Notes under the pieces: model-generated
What the model saw: the letters and a program-made list of their open reading frames with translations, nothing else
What the model was told of the DNA's origin: nothing
The model's database searches: none
In this document: positions 53,478 to 64,000 of the stretch, piece by piece
Layout of the letters: each line of letters starts with the position of its first letter
How positions within the stretch are numbered: the first letter of the stretch is position 1
Origin: Synechococcus sp.
GTDB lineage: Bacteria > Cyanobacteriota > Cyanobacteriia > Thermostichales > PCC-7336
DNA length: 64,000 bases
Reading direction: 5' to 3'
Assembly (NCBI GenBank): GCA_051439605.1
Contig: JBFRWN010000032.1
Span: forward strand, 32,001 to 96,000
Made by a program: the position numbers and the translations under genes

Positions 53478-53650
53478 ATACTGGCTAGTTGGCTGTGGAT
53501 TTTATTGGGGGGCTGCTGGCCGGACAACTTGCTCGTCGATCGGGGGTACCCCCTTTGTTGGGGGCGTTTGTGGCTGGACTGCTACTGGCTTGGGGAGAGG
53601 GGATTTCTCCCGATGTGATGGAATGGACCAGGCGGATACCCTGCGCAACG
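53478..53650 (+). pseudogene. Frameshifted N-terminal fragment of a cation:proton antiporter
   Basis: Pieces in three frames join as ILASWLWILL / GGLLAGQLARRSGVPPLLGAFVAGLLL..ISPDV / ADTLR, the CPA TM1-TM2 pattern; nothing follows. Confidence 0.5.
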
Positions 53651-53784
53651 GGTTTAACGTCCTGTCAGAATAGAGTTATGAGCGCTGATTGCGAGGGTTG
53701 AGGAATGGTTTCGCTCAACTGTGGATTTTTGAGAGAATTTGCTCGCACCCACCACTTCAATAATTTTTTTAGGAGAGCGATCGC

Positions 53785-54288
53785 GTGCTACCCTCCAACG
53801 GCCAGCCCCACAAGTTCCTGACTCAAGACCTGCTCGATTCGGTGACATCCGAAGCTATCAAGAGCTCAAGACTGCGCAAAAACTATAACTTTCATCAGCT
53901 GGATGAGCCGGTGCAACGGATGCTCAACGTCATGCAGCCGGGTACCTACGTTCGCCCCCACCGCCATGTACGTCCCGAAACCGCGAATGGCTTCGAATTT
54001 TTCTTGGTGTTGCAAGGGAAGGTGGGGATCTTGACATTTAACGAGCAGGGCATCATTCAGGACCGGCTTACCCTTTCGGCAGCAGGCCCTACCTACGGCA
54101 TTGAACTGCAGGAAGGGGAATATCATTCGCTGGTATCGTTGGCCCCCAACACCGTTATTTTCGAACTCAAAGAAGGCCCATACAATGCTGCCACTGACAA
54201 AGATTTCCTGCAGATGTTTCCCCCGGAGGGCACTGCATCCGCAATGGAACTTGCAAGCACAACCTGGCCCCGCGAATTTGCTGATTAG
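53785..54288 (+). CDS. WbuC-family cupin-fold metalloprotein
   Basis: SSRLRKNYNFH..VQRMLNVMQPGTYVRPHRH, EFFLVLQG, YHSLV, ELKEGPY. Confidence 0.85.
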   Translation: MLPSNGQPHKFLTQDLLDSVTSEAIKSSRLRKNYNFHQLDEPVQRMLNVMQPGTYVRPHRHVRPETANGFEFFLVLQGKVGILTFNEQGIIQDRLTLSAAGPTYGIELQEGEYHSLVSLAPNTVIFELKEGPYNAATDKDFLQMFPPEGTASAMELASTTWPREFAD

Positions 54289-54433
54289 TATCCCTCTTTG
54301 GGATCGCTTGATTTGTCCCCGGAACATTTTTAGAGTGATACGGCGTGGAAATCCCCTGCACGCTTTTTATGCTGCGAGATTTTTTCACTCTTAGCCGTTT
54401 CAATCCCTCTTGCGAGATAGCGCATCGATACCG

Positions 54434-55417
54434 ATGGAAGAACAACTAGCCACACTGAAACAAGAACTCACCACCGTGCTATCTCAGGCGCAAACGTTGG
54501 AGGAGTTGGAAAAAGTCCGCATCGACTTCCTGGGCAAAAAAGGCAAGCTATCCAAGATTTTGGCCTCCATGGGCAAGTTATCTGCGGAAGAGCGACCCCG
54601 GATGGGTGCCTTAGCTAACGAAGTCAAAACCCAGCTGCAAACGAATCTTGAAGAGCGCAAGACCGCTCTGGAAGATGCAGCGTTAGAGGCTCAAATTGCT
54701 GCAGAGACTTTGGATGTCACGATGCCCGGTCCCTACATTCCCATCGGACGAGTGCATCCTCTGCAGTCCACGATCGATCGCATCCTCGATATTTTTGTGG
54801 CCATGGGCTACACCGTTGTCCACGGCCCCGAGATCGAGACGGAATACTACAACTTCGAAGCCCTCAACACCCCTGAAGACCATCCTGCCCGCGATATGCA
54901 GGACACCCTCTATCTAGAGGATGGTTACCTACTGCGCACCCAAACCTCTTCGGTCCAGGTGCGCTATATGGAGGAGCACACCCCCCCCTTCAAGATTATT
55001 CACGCGGGGCGAGTGGTACGCCGCGACACCGTTGATGCTACCCACTCGCCGGTATTCCACCAAATTGAAATTTTGGCTGTCAGCGAAGATGGCCTCACGT
55101 TTGCCGATCTTAAGGGCACCCTGAATACCTTCATCACCAAGCTGTTAGGGGAGCGGGAAACCCGCTTCCGCCCCAGCTACTTCCCCTTCACCGAACCGTC
55201 AGCAGAGATGGACGTGAAATTTGGCGATCGCTGGTTGGAAATTTTCGGTTGCGGCATGGTGGATCCCAATGTGTTTAAGTTCGTTGGTTACGACCCTGAA
55301 AATGTCACTGGATTTGCGGCTGGTTTTGGTGTCGAGCGATTGGCTATGGTGCTGCATGAAATTGACGACATCCGCAATTTCTATAACAGCGACCTGCGTT
55401 TCTTGAAGCAGTTTTAG
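54434..55417 (+). CDS. pheS: Phenylalanine--tRNA ligase alpha subunit
   Basis: [53 protein letters not shown]. Confidence 0.98.
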   Translation: MEEQLATLKQELTTVLSQAQTLEELEKVRIDFLGKKGKLSKILASMGKLSAEERPRMGALANEVKTQLQTNLEERKTALEDAALEAQIAAETLDVTMPGPYIPIGRVHPLQSTIDRILDIFVAMGYTVVHGPEIETEYYNFEALNTPEDHPARDMQDTLYLEDGYLLRTQTSSVQVRYMEEHTPPFKIIHAGRVVRRDTVDATHSPVFHQIEILAVSEDGLTFADLKGTLNTFITKLLGERETRFRPSYFPFTEPSAEMDVKFGDRWLEIFGCGMVDPNVFKFVGYDPENVTGFAAGFGVERLAMVLHEIDDIRNFYNSDLRFLKQF

Positions 55418-55500
55418 TGGCTGTATTTCAATAACCCACACGTGACTTTCGCCCCGTCCCGATCTACACTGCCTGCGGCCATCTGGAAGGGTAGCGAGAC

Positions 55501-56220
55501 ATGAGAGCCACCATCGTGGGTGCGGGACGTATCGGTACGGCATTGTCCCAAATGGGGGATGCAATCGTCGTGCGCCGGGGGGAGCCAATTCCCTCTGAGG
55601 AAGGCCCGATTTATGTCTGTGCTCGCAATGACGACCTAGAAGCCGTTTTAGGGGCTACGTTGCCGCAGCATCGGAAGGATTTGGTGTTTTTACAAAACGG
55701 CATGTTGCAGTCTTGGCTGGAAAAACATGGACTGCAGGACAACACCCAGGCATTGATTTATTTTGCGGTGCAGAAGCTGGGGGATAAGCCGGTGGACGGG
55801 GGCGGTTCTGTGGTGTGCGGGCCTTGGGCAGAGACGTTTGCTCAGATGTTGCAGTCCGCGGGGATTGAATGCACGGTGGTGGATCGCCCCACCTACCAAC
55901 GGCAGATGGTGGAAAAACTGCTGTGGAATTGCATTTTTGGTCTACTCTCCCAACGGCATGCAACCACGGTTGGGGATGTGGTCGATCGCTTTAGCAGCGA
56001 GGTCGATACGTTGGTTAGTGAATTGGTTCCGCTAGCAGAGAAGGAATTGAACATTCAGCTAGAACCCGGCGTATGCCAGCGCCTCTGTGACTATTCCAAA
56101 TCCGTTGCCGATTACCGGGGCGCAGTCAAAGAATTGCCCTGGCGCAACGGCTGGTTCCTCAACATCCAAAAGACCCCCAAGCACGTGCAGTGGCTGCAAG
56201 AAGTTGGAGTTGACATCTAG
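55501..56220 (+). CDS. Ketopantoate-reductase-like NAD(P)-binding protein
   Basis: IVGAGRIG Rossmann motif, VFLQNG, EKLLWN; shorter than canonical PanE. Confidence 0.6.
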   Translation: MRATIVGAGRIGTALSQMGDAIVVRRGEPIPSEEGPIYVCARNDDLEAVLGATLPQHRKDLVFLQNGMLQSWLEKHGLQDNTQALIYFAVQKLGDKPVDGGGSVVCGPWAETFAQMLQSAGIECTVVDRPTYQRQMVEKLLWNCIFGLLSQRHATTVGDVVDRFSSEVDTLVSELVPLAEKELNIQLEPGVCQRLCDYSKSVADYRGAVKELPWRNGWFLNIQKTPKHVQWLQEVGVDI

Positions 56221-56265
56221 TAGTAGGCTGGAAAGCCGAAACCTGTGGACGAGGAGAACTGAACA

Positions 56266-56745
56266 GTGACGTTAGAACCGGGGACATTAAATATTGGCGA
56301 TCGCGCCCCCGACTTTACCCTGAAAGACGGAGAAGACAACGAGGTTAGCTTGAGTGACCTCAAAGGCAAAACTGTAGTTCTGTATTTCTATCCCCGCGAC
56401 AACACCCCTGGCTGCACCAAAGAAGCCTGCAACTTTCGGGATAATTACTCCAACTATGAAGCAGAAGACATCGCTGTTTTTGGAATCAGCACTGATTCCG
56501 TCAAGTCCCACAAAAAATTTGCCGATAAATACGATTTACCCTTCCCGCTACTGTCGGATGAAGATACCAACGTCTCCACCGCCTACGGCGTCTACGGCCT
56601 CAAAAAGTTCATGGGCAAAGAATACATGGGCATCAAACGCACCACATTCGTCATTGCCCCAGACGGAACCATCGCCAATATTTATAAAAAGGTAAAAACC
56701 GCTACCCATGCAGAGGATATCCTACCCGACTTAATCAATCGTTAG
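56266..56745 (+). CDS. bcp: Peroxiredoxin Q / BCP
   Basis: LYFYPRDNTPGCTKEACNFRD, GISTD, FPLLSD, RTTFVI. Confidence 0.95.
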   Translation: MTLEPGTLNIGDRAPDFTLKDGEDNEVSLSDLKGKTVVLYFYPRDNTPGCTKEACNFRDNYSNYEAEDIAVFGISTDSVKSHKKFADKYDLPFPLLSDEDTNVSTAYGVYGLKKFMGKEYMGIKRTTFVIAPDGTIANIYKKVKTATHAEDILPDLINR

Positions 56746-56946
56746 GTTTAGGTAGAAACTCCTTAAAAAATGTAATCTAGCCCCGCAGTCCGCCGTTTGC
56801 ATGTGTTTAGCTGAAGACTGCATGAAGCCTGCGGAGTTGAAAAGCCCAAAGACTACAATAGTTTGCGGATTGTGTAAGCTAACGGCGCGCACGATTCAGT
56901 CAGTCCAGAGCACTTCAGCTCAAACCGCTTTCTAACCAGGAACCCT

Positions 56947-59076
56947 ATGGAACTCGCCTATCAATATGTGTGGCTGATTCCCCTCTACCCGCTAATTTCA
57001 GCGTTTGTAGTCGGAGTAGCCATCCTGACCGCCAATAGCTGGATTCGTTCGATCCGCAAGATTGCATCCGGCTTCTGCGTCTTTTCCATCGGCACCGCGA
57101 TGGTTCATTCCTTTTCCATCTTGATTGACCAAATCAAGGGTGGAGAAGCGTTTCGCCAAACCTTCACCTGGGGTCAAGCCGGAGACTTTGTTCTGCGCAT
57201 GGGATTCGGTGTGGATCACCTCGCAGCCATGATGCTGGTGGTTGTTTCCACGGTGGCCTTTTTGGTCATGGTGTACACCGACGGCTACATGGAACATGAC
57301 GATGGCTACGTGCGTTTCTATTCCTACCTCAGCCTGTTTAGTTTCTCGATGCTGGGGCTGGTACTCAGCCCGAACCTATTACAGGTTTACGTGTTCTGGG
57401 AATTGGTGGGGGTTTGCTCCTACCTGCTGATTGGCTTCTGGTACGACCGTCCGTCTGCAGCGGAAGCTGCCCAGAAGGCCTTTGTCACCAACCGAGTGGG
57501 AGACTTCGGCCTACTGCTCGGTATGTTGGGTCTTTACTGGGTGACTCGTACCTTCGATTTTGAAGCGATGGGACGTGCAGTCGAGACAGCAGTCCAGTCT
57601 GGAACCGTCAGCGTTGGCTTAATTACTCTGTTCTCTATCTTGGTATTCCTCGGCCCTATGGCTAAGTCCGCGCAGTTCCCACTGCACGTTTGGCTGCCGG
57701 ATGCGATGGAAGGTCCAACACCCATTTCAGCTCTCATTCACGCTGCCACAATGGTCGCGGCGGGTGTGTTTTTGGTTGCACGCATGTTCCCCGTGTTTGA
57801 AGGGGTGTCCGTTACCATGCAGACCATTGCATGGATTGGTGCTGCCACTGCATTCTTGGGAGCCAGTATTGCAATCACCCAAAACGACATCAAGAAAGGG
57901 TTAGCTTACTCAACTATCTCCCAGTTGGGCTACATGATCATGGCGATGGGGGTAGGAGCCTATGGTGCAGGCCTATTTCACCTGATGACCCACGCCTACT
58001 TCAAGGCCATGTTGTTTCTCTGCTCTGGTTCTGTGATTCATGGGATGGAAGGGGTTGTAGGACACAATCCGGCGATCGCCCAAGATATGCGCGTCATGGG
58101 GGGCTTGCGCAAGTACATGCCGATTACAGGCACCACGTTCTTGATTGGCACCCTGGCCATCTGCGGGATTCCTCCGTTTGCGGGCTTCTGGTCCAAAGAC
58201 GAAATCCTAGGCTCCACCTTTGCCGTTAACCCCGCCCTGTGGGCAATTGGGTTTGCTACGGCGGGCATCACCGCGTTCTACATGTTCCGCATGTATTTCC
58301 TTACCTTTGAAGGGGACTTTCGCGGTAACGATGAGGAACTTTGCGCCCAAGTCATGGTGAGCGATGGTCAGCCGGTACCGGCCTACAGCCCTGCCTTCGG
58401 CAGCTTCAGCGCTTTTGAGGCTGCTGCTAGCAGCCATCATGACTCCCATACTCATGACTCGCATGATGGCGAGCACGAGCATGCCCACGAGCCCCACGAA
58501 TCCCCCTGGACCATGACCCTGCCGCTGGCAACGCTAGCGGTGCCTTCAGTCATGATTGGACTGTTGGGAACGCCCTTTGCCAACTTCTTTGAAGGGTTTA
58601 TTTATCCCCCTAGTGAAGTCGTTGAAGGAACAGCCATCGCCTTCGGACTCGAAGAATACGCCCATTTTGTCACTGGCGAGTTTGAGTGGTCAGAGTTTCT
58701 GCTCATGGGCGGTAGCTCTGTAGGCATCGGCCTGATAGGGATTACGCTTGCCGTGCTGATGTACGGCAAGCGCAGCATCGACCCTGCCGCCATCGCTGCC
58801 AAGATCCGCAGCTTCTACTTCTTCTCACTCAACAAGTGGTACATCGACGAGCTGTATCACAACGTGTTTGTGAAAGGGACCCGCTTTGCGGCCCGAGAGG
58901 CTTTGGAGGTGGATCAGCGTATTGTCGATGGTGTAGTCAACTTCACCGGGCTTGTTACCATGCTCTCTGGCGAAAGCCTGAAGTATTTTGAGAGCGGTAA
59001 AGCCCAGTTCTATGCCCTAGTAGTGTTTGCCTCAGCGATTGTCATCGTTGTGGCCTCCGGTAGTGGCCTATTCTAG
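56947..59076 (+). CDS. ndhF1: NDH-1 subunit 5 (NdhF1)
   Basis: YQYVWLIPLYP, KSAQFPLHVWLPDAMEGPTPISALIHAATMV, THAYFKA; followed by ndhD. Confidence 0.96.
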   Translation: MELAYQYVWLIPLYPLISAFVVGVAILTANSWIRSIRKIASGFCVFSIGTAMVHSFSILIDQIKGGEAFRQTFTWGQAGDFVLRMGFGVDHLAAMMLVVVSTVAFLVMVYTDGYMEHDDGYVRFYSYLSLFSFSMLGLVLSPNLLQVYVFWELVGVCSYLLIGFWYDRPSAAEAAQKAFVTNRVGDFGLLLGMLGLYWVTRTFDFEAMGRAVETAVQSGTVSVGLITLFSILVFLGPMAKSAQFPLHVWLPDAMEGPTPISALIHAATMVAAGVFLVARMFPVFEGVSVTMQTIAWIGAATAFLGASIAITQNDIKKGLAYSTISQLGYMIMAMGVGAYGAGLFHLMTHAYFKAMLFLCSGSVIHGMEGVVGHNPAIAQDMRVMGGLRKYMPITGTTFLIGTLAICGIPPFAGFWSKDEILGSTFAVNPALWAIGFATAGITAFYMFRMYFLTFEGDFRGNDEELCAQVMVSDGQPVPAYSPAFGSFSAFEAAASSHHDSHTHDSHDGEHEHAHEPHESPWTMTLPLATLAVPSVMIGLLGTPFANFFEGFIYPPSEVVEGTAIAFGLEEYAHFVTGEFEWSEFLLMGGSSVGIGLIGITLAVLMYGKRSIDPAAIAAKIRSFYFFSLNKWYIDELYHNVFVKGTRFAAREALEVDQRIVDGVVNFTGLVTMLSGESLKYFESGKAQFYALVVFASAIVIVVASGSGLF

Positions 59077-59189
59077 CGACCCCTAGAGCTCTTGTTGCTC
59101 TAGCGATCGCTGCCAAAAAGAGTCTCACCACCAGAGAGTGCTCAGTATTTCCCTAGTGTTATTGGACGTTTGAATACTCGGAGCGCGTA

Positions 59190-60803
59190 ATGGAGTTTCC
59201 CATTCCCCTAAACGAGTTTCCCTGGCTCACCACCATCATCCTATTTCCGGTGGTGGCAGCCTTGGCAATTCCTTTTATTCCGGACAAGACGGGCAAAGGT
59301 CGCCCCATCCGCTGGTATGCCCTGGTAATTGGCCTGATCGATTTGATGATGGTGGTGGTTGGCTTCTACAGCAGCTACGACCTTGGTGCTGCGGGCATGC
59401 AAATGTCAGAACACTACGATTGGGTCCCTCAAGTAGGCCTCAGTTGGTCGGTGGGGGCTGACGGCGTTTCAATGCCTTTGATCCTGCTAACTGCTTTTAT
59501 TACCACCCTGGCAATCTTGGCCGCTTGGCCTGTAACATTTAAGCCCCGGCTATTCTACTGCCTGATTCTGTTCATGTACGGCGCTCAAATTGGTGTGTTT
59601 GCCGTACAGGATATGATCCTTTTCTTCTTGATGTGGGAGCTGGAGCTGATCCCCGTTTATTTGCTCCTGTCCATTTGGGGTGGCAAGAAGCGTCTCTATG
59701 CAGCAACCAAGTTTATTCTCTACACTGCGGGGGGCTCTCTGTTCATTTTGGTGGCAGCCTTGGCAATGGCCTTCTATGGAGGCACCACCACGTTTGATAT
59801 GACAGAGCTGGCTAATAAATCCTATCCGCTGCAGTTACAACTCTTGCTGTATGGTGCCTTCTTAATTGCCTACGGAGTCAAACTACCCATCTTCCCTTTG
59901 CACACTTGGCTGCCTGATGCCCACGGTGAAGCGACTGCCCCCGTGCATATGTTGTTGGCAGGAATTTTGCTCAAGATGGGTGGTTATGCTCTGATGCGCA
60001 TGAACGTTGGCATGTTGCCTGAAGCGCACGTGTATTTTGCTCCTATCTTGATTGTACTGGGGGTAATTAACATTATTTATGCAGCCCTGACATCCTTTGC
60101 CCAGCGCAATCTCAAGCGCAAGATCGCCTACTCTTCCATTAGCCACATGGGATTCGTTCTCATTGGTATAGGATGCTTGACCGAAATCGGGATGAGCGGT
60201 GCCATGCTCCAAATGATCTCCCACGGATTGATTGGTGCCAGCCTCTTCTTCTTGGTAGGAGCAACCTACGATCGCACCCACACGCTGCAACTGGAGGAGA
60301 TGGGTGGAGTGGGTCAAAAGATGCCGCGCATTTTCTCGATGTTCACCGTCTGCTCGATGGCATCTCTGGCATTGCCTGGGATGAGTGGATTTGTGGCAGA
60401 GGTGATGGTCTTCTTAGGATTAGCCACAACCAAGGCCTTTACCCCTGGTTTCACGACGGCCATGGTGATTTTGGCGGCGATCGGCATCATCCTGACACCG
60501 ATTTATTTGTTGTCTATGTTGCGTCAGATTTTCTTTGGTCCCGAAAACCAGGAGCTGGTGTCTCAGGAAGAGCTCGTGGATGCAGAGCCCCGCGAAGTCT
60601 TCATTATTGCCTGCCTATTGATCCCCATCGTTGGTTTGGGCATTTACCCTAAGATGATGACTCAGGTCTACGACATCAAAACGAATGCATTGGTCGCAGC
60701 TTTGCAGGAATCTGTAGAGTCAAATACTGCCACTGCTGCATCATTAATTGATGGTCAACCGGCTTTGTCTTCCGCTAACGTGCTCAATGCACCAACTCTG
60801 TAA
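59190..60803 (+). CDS. ndhD1: NDH-1 subunit 4 (NdhD1)
   Basis: [48 protein letters not shown]; ndhF1-ndhD1 order. Confidence 0.95.
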   Translation: MEFPIPLNEFPWLTTIILFPVVAALAIPFIPDKTGKGRPIRWYALVIGLIDLMMVVVGFYSSYDLGAAGMQMSEHYDWVPQVGLSWSVGADGVSMPLILLTAFITTLAILAAWPVTFKPRLFYCLILFMYGAQIGVFAVQDMILFFLMWELELIPVYLLLSIWGGKKRLYAATKFILYTAGGSLFILVAALAMAFYGGTTTFDMTELANKSYPLQLQLLLYGAFLIAYGVKLPIFPLHTWLPDAHGEATAPVHMLLAGILLKMGGYALMRMNVGMLPEAHVYFAPILIVLGVINIIYAALTSFAQRNLKRKIAYSSISHMGFVLIGIGCLTEIGMSGAMLQMISHGLIGASLFFLVGATYDRTHTLQLEEMGGVGQKMPRIFSMFTVCSMASLALPGMSGFVAEVMVFLGLATTKAFTPGFTTAMVILAAIGIILTPIYLLSMLRQIFFGPENQELVSQEELVDAEPREVFIIACLLIPIVGLGIYPKMMTQVYDIKTNALVAALQESVESNTATAASLIDGQPALSSANVLNAPTL

Positions 60804-60931
60804 AGGGATTGCCTCAGTTTCTGGGTGTTAGTCCTGCAAAATTGAGTGTACATACCTCGACTGATTGAGTCGACTAAACGCTCGCCATAACTGGCAAATC
60901 TCGATTCATTGAGTGATTGAAACTTACAATC

Positions 60932-60966
60932 CAAAACCGCCAGTAGGATTAACACTGGCGGTTTTG
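60932..60966. terminator. Bidirectional intrinsic terminator between ndhD1 and the GH57 gene
   Basis: CAAAACCGCCAGT-aggattaac-ACTGGCGGTTTTG, 13-bp stem. Confidence 0.8.
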
Positions 60967-61106
60967 TTATGTCTATTTAATAGACGATTAATGGATTGGC
61001 AAAGCCGCAATTCAACGACAACTCTCGGACTCTTGAGGATGGCGGGCACTATCACATAGCAGCATTCCCCCCCCTCACATAGTGCAGTCTCGAGCTGCTG
61101 CTTGGT

Positions 61107-63707
61107 TTAACCTCGCGATGCACGATATTCAAGACAGGAAGACACGTTGATTTTCAGACGATCTCCCAGCTGCGTAAGCTCCGAAAGGGGAACCGCAGCA
61201 CCCGAATAAGCTGATGCCTGCAGATGCTTAGCCAAACAGCTCAGGTAGTTTTCTTGAACGCGATCGCTGTCAATCGGCAAGTTGAGTAATTCAACCACGT
61301 CTAGACAGCGATGAATAACGGGTAGTGGTTGAGCAATGTTCTCTAACTCTCTTGCGTTTAGCACCTGCCAAAACTGCTGATGCAAAATGCGATTGAAGGT
61401 GTCAGTTGCTTCCTCCAGCTTTAACTCGCAGCCCAGTTCCTGCACCTCTTGAATCAGTGTTTGCAGATCCTTTAGGGCCTGAGTGGACTCTAATACATCA
61501 GACTCAAAGCTTTGGATCAGACTGCTGAGTCGCTGATTCAAGGTGATGTTGGCAGCTACCTGCAGTTCCATTGGAACCTGTAAACCATCTCTGCGGAACG
61601 CCAGTAGAACCCGATAGTTATCGCGATAAATCTGGGAATAAAAGCGGTTAAGTTGACCCAAGGTGGTTTGGGTGAGCATGCGCATGATCTCGTGGCGATC
61701 GCGCATCATCAGATCGTCGAGGGTGTAGTACTCTTTGCCAAAGGATTCTTGCATGGCGATCGCAGCTTGAGCCCTGTGCTCCAAGCAACCAAAAAGGCGC
61801 TGTTGAATCTCCTCAAATCGCCTTTGACCGGGAAAGGGCTGTACGCAGCAATGGAAATCCCAGCCCCCAAAGTGCAGAACGCCAAACATCAGGTCGTGGG
61901 TATTCAGGGTGATGCTAGAACGTACCAGAATTCGCCCCACGGCCAGCGTGTCGCCGCCAAAGGTGGCCCGATGGGGAGCAGCATCCGCATGCTGTTGTTC
62001 TACGGAGTAGCTATACACCTTAGTAGAGCGAGGATAGGAAGAGAATAGGGATTTCATTGCATAGTGAGCCGCCACCCGCTCGGGGGTTACAGAGGAAGGC
62101 AACACCAGCTGGCGATAGACATCAGCCCCATGTTCGTAGAGGTCCTTGTAGTTACTGGGGGCTTCGGCCAAGCGCTCCAAAAATTCTGGTTCTAAATATT
62201 GTCCGGAGACCTCTGCGGCCAACTCGAGGGCTCGCGCTGCATAGCGCAAGATTTGTACCCCCTCCGGCCGTGATAGCTCTTCGAAAAACCAGCCACAACT
62301 GGTAAACATTAATTGGCTGTTGCGTTGCATTTCAAGCAACCGCAAGCAGTCAATCTCCTCTACTGAATTCATCTCGCGGCGGCGATGTTCCCGGAAAAAA
62401 CGCGCAATCGTTTCAGGGGTACGGTTGAGGATAACTGATATGTATGCATCTCGAGCCTCCCAGGGATCTCGTAAATACACGGAGGAGCGAGTTTCATAAA
62501 TCTGGATGAGGCGATCGCGCAGCCAATTGAGGGCATTGCGTAGCGGAGCACGCCATTGCTGATGCAAACCCGATTCGCTGGCACAGCCACAGTCTCGCTC
62601 CCATCGGCCCACTCCATGGACGCAGCTCCAAGAGGAAACGGGTTTGAGTTCCACCTCCCACGTGGGGTGATATAGACTCAGATAGTGACCGTAGTTAGTG
62701 ACGACAAACCCCTGTTCGGGGAAATCTCGCGCAAAAGCATAGGCCAGCGTGCGCTCTTTGAAAGCCTTGTGGTGGCCAAAGGTCTCACCATCGGTTGCGC
62801 AATGAATCAATTGGGGACGATCGGTATCGTGCAAGCATTGCTTGAGACGACCCACGAAGTTCTGGCTACTGTCCACCACATCGTTAAAGCTCATGTCGGC
62901 GGAGACAGGACCGTCGTAGAAAAAGATATCGATAAACTGACGTTCCCCAGCGATCCCCGTTCTATAACTTTCGGGCAGGTAGCAGCGATAAGGTTGTGTC
63001 GGATCGATTTGACCGTTCCCCACCTCTAACCAGTCCGATCGATCCGCATTCTCACCGAAACCATGCATGGGGCGACAACGCTGGGCTTGAGACGGGGCCA
63101 AAATAACAAAGCGAACGCCCTCGGCAATCAAAGCCGCAACCGTTGCGAGATCGATCGCAGCCTCTGCAAGCCACATCCCCTCAGGGCGCCGCTGAAAGCG
63201 ATGTTCAAAATCTGCGATCCCCCATCGAATTTGCGTCACGCGATCCTGCTGATTGGCCAAAGGCAAAATCACATGATTGTAGGGTTGGGCGATCGCATTT
63301 CCGTGGCCGTTCAATCGACGGGCACTGGTGCGATCGGCGGCCAAAATGCGCTGGTAAACCTCGATGTCGTGTCGTTCTAACCATGACATCAACGTAGGAC
63401 CAAAGTTAAAGCTCAGGTGCTCGTAATTATTGACGATTTCTATCACTCGACCGCGTTCATCTAAGATGCGAGCAAACGCATTGGGCCGATAGCATTCTGC
63501 CAAAATGCGCTCGTTCCAATTTTGGTAGGGTGCTGCAGAGGGCTGTGGTTCAATCGCATTTAGGTAAGGATTCTCACGGGGGGGCTGGTAGAAATGCCCG
63601 TGAACCGTGATGTAAACAGCGTGACGTCCTGGGGCTGCCTGAGCTTGTTCGTTCGCCACTCCAAGAAAGGCTAAAGAACCGCCTGCTGGCTGACTCGAAG
63701 TATTCAT
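61107..63707 (-). CDS. Glycoside hydrolase family 57 protein with DUF3536
   Basis: HGHFYQPPRENP, SFNFGPTL, HGNAIAQ.YNH.ILPL, GMWLAE, ATDGETFGHH, SWSCVHGV.RW, MFTSCGWFF. Confidence 0.92.
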   Translation of the reverse strand: MNTSSQPAGGSLAFLGVANEQAQAAPGRHAVYITVHGHFYQPPRENPYLNAIEPQPSAAPYQNWNERILAECYRPNAFARILDERGRVIEIVNNYEHLSFNFGPTLMSWLERHDIEVYQRILAADRTSARRLNGHGNAIAQPYNHVILPLANQQDRVTQIRWGIADFEHRFQRRPEGMWLAEAAIDLATVAALIAEGVRFVILAPSQAQRCRPMHGFGENADRSDWLEVGNGQIDPTQPYRCYLPESYRTGIAGERQFIDIFFYDGPVSADMSFNDVVDSSQNFVGRLKQCLHDTDRPQLIHCATDGETFGHHKAFKERTLAYAFARDFPEQGFVVTNYGHYLSLYHPTWEVELKPVSSWSCVHGVGRWERDCGCASESGLHQQWRAPLRNALNWLRDRLIQIYETRSSVYLRDPWEARDAYISVILNRTPETIARFFREHRRREMNSVEEIDCLRLLEMQRNSQLMFTSCGWFFEELSRPEGVQILRYAARALELAAEVSGQYLEPEFLERLAEAPSNYKDLYEHGADVYRQLVLPSSVTPERVAAHYAMKSLFSSYPRSTKVYSYSVEQQHADAAPHRATFGGDTLAVGRILVRSSITLNTHDLMFGVLHFGGWDFHCCVQPFPGQRRFEEIQQRLFGCLEHRAQAAIAMQESFGKEYYTLDDLMMRDRHEIMRMLTQTTLGQLNRFYSQIYRDNYRVLLAFRRDGLQVPMELQVAANITLNQRLSSLIQSFESDVLESTQALKDLQTLIQEVQELGCELKLEEATDTFNRILHQQFWQVLNARELENIAQPLPVIHRCLDVVELLNLPIDSDRVQENYLSCLAKHLQASAYSGAAVPLSELTQLGDRLKINVSSCLEYRASRG

Positions 63708-64000
63708 ATATAACTACCGCCGATGCGAATGAGAGAAGAATTATTTTGACAGACACATTGAAGAAGTCCTCAAGGGTAGATAGAGCTACCCCAATTAAGG
63801 CCAGATAATTTGTTGCGTCTCCAATCCCCAAGCTATGCCAAGACTTGCGATAAGTTCGAAAAATCAACAAAAGAAATAGAAAGATCGCAATAAAGTTTAA
63901 CTCTTTTGTTTTTCTTAATATTCAAGAAATGCATTTGTATTGTATGGGCAAAGTCCTGTGCTGCAGATGGACTATTTAATGTTGATTGCCTCGCCTTGCG

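Noticed and set aside
58435..58500. His-rich loop in NdhF1
   Set aside because: His-rich linkers before the PHESP motif are common in NdhF/NuoL
1..64000. CRISPR array, rRNA, prophage or intact transposase
   Set aside because: No regularly spaced direct repeats, rRNA-like sequence, phage genes or complete transposase ORF were seen

Overview
64 kb of a cyanobacterial chromosome (frequent HIP1 octamer GCGATCGC; psbB-psbT, psb34, pcyA, ndhF1-ndhD1). Most of it is housekeeping: carB, sbcC, sbcD, glyS, serS, aroA, rarA, a stand-alone fusA, purA, cobM, pheS, bcp, a GH57 gene and one tRNA(CAU). Three accessory modules stand out. (1) 28.6-37.2 kb: a large ResB/CcsB + CcsA cytochrome c maturation pair is divergent, across a perfect NtcA-type site, from a run of six genes. 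These encode a membrane-anchored globin, a 4+1-heme cytochrome c with an atypical CX4CH motif, a 6-heme cytochrome c with HAO-family-like motif context, a DUF3365 heme-c lipoprotein, a di-heme-b-type membrane protein and a TxlA/CcsX-like thioredoxin. This looks like a self-contained, nitrogen-regulated multiheme redox chain, which is unusual in cyanobacteria; it is the best candidate for an undescribed system. (2) 17.0-20.3 kb: a biuH - ABC ATPase - cupin - trtA operon for triuret/biuret use. (3) 45.7-51.8 kb: an AT-richer, HIP1-poor block with a PAS/GAF kinase, an orphan amino-acid binding lipoprotein, a heme-oxygenase-like diiron enzyme and an EamA exporter. Degenerate remnants (RhlE-type helicase tail, ISAs1 transposase, cation:proton antiporter) and a few palindromic or dispersed repeats are also present. 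All calls are by-eye motif recognition; no database searches were run.
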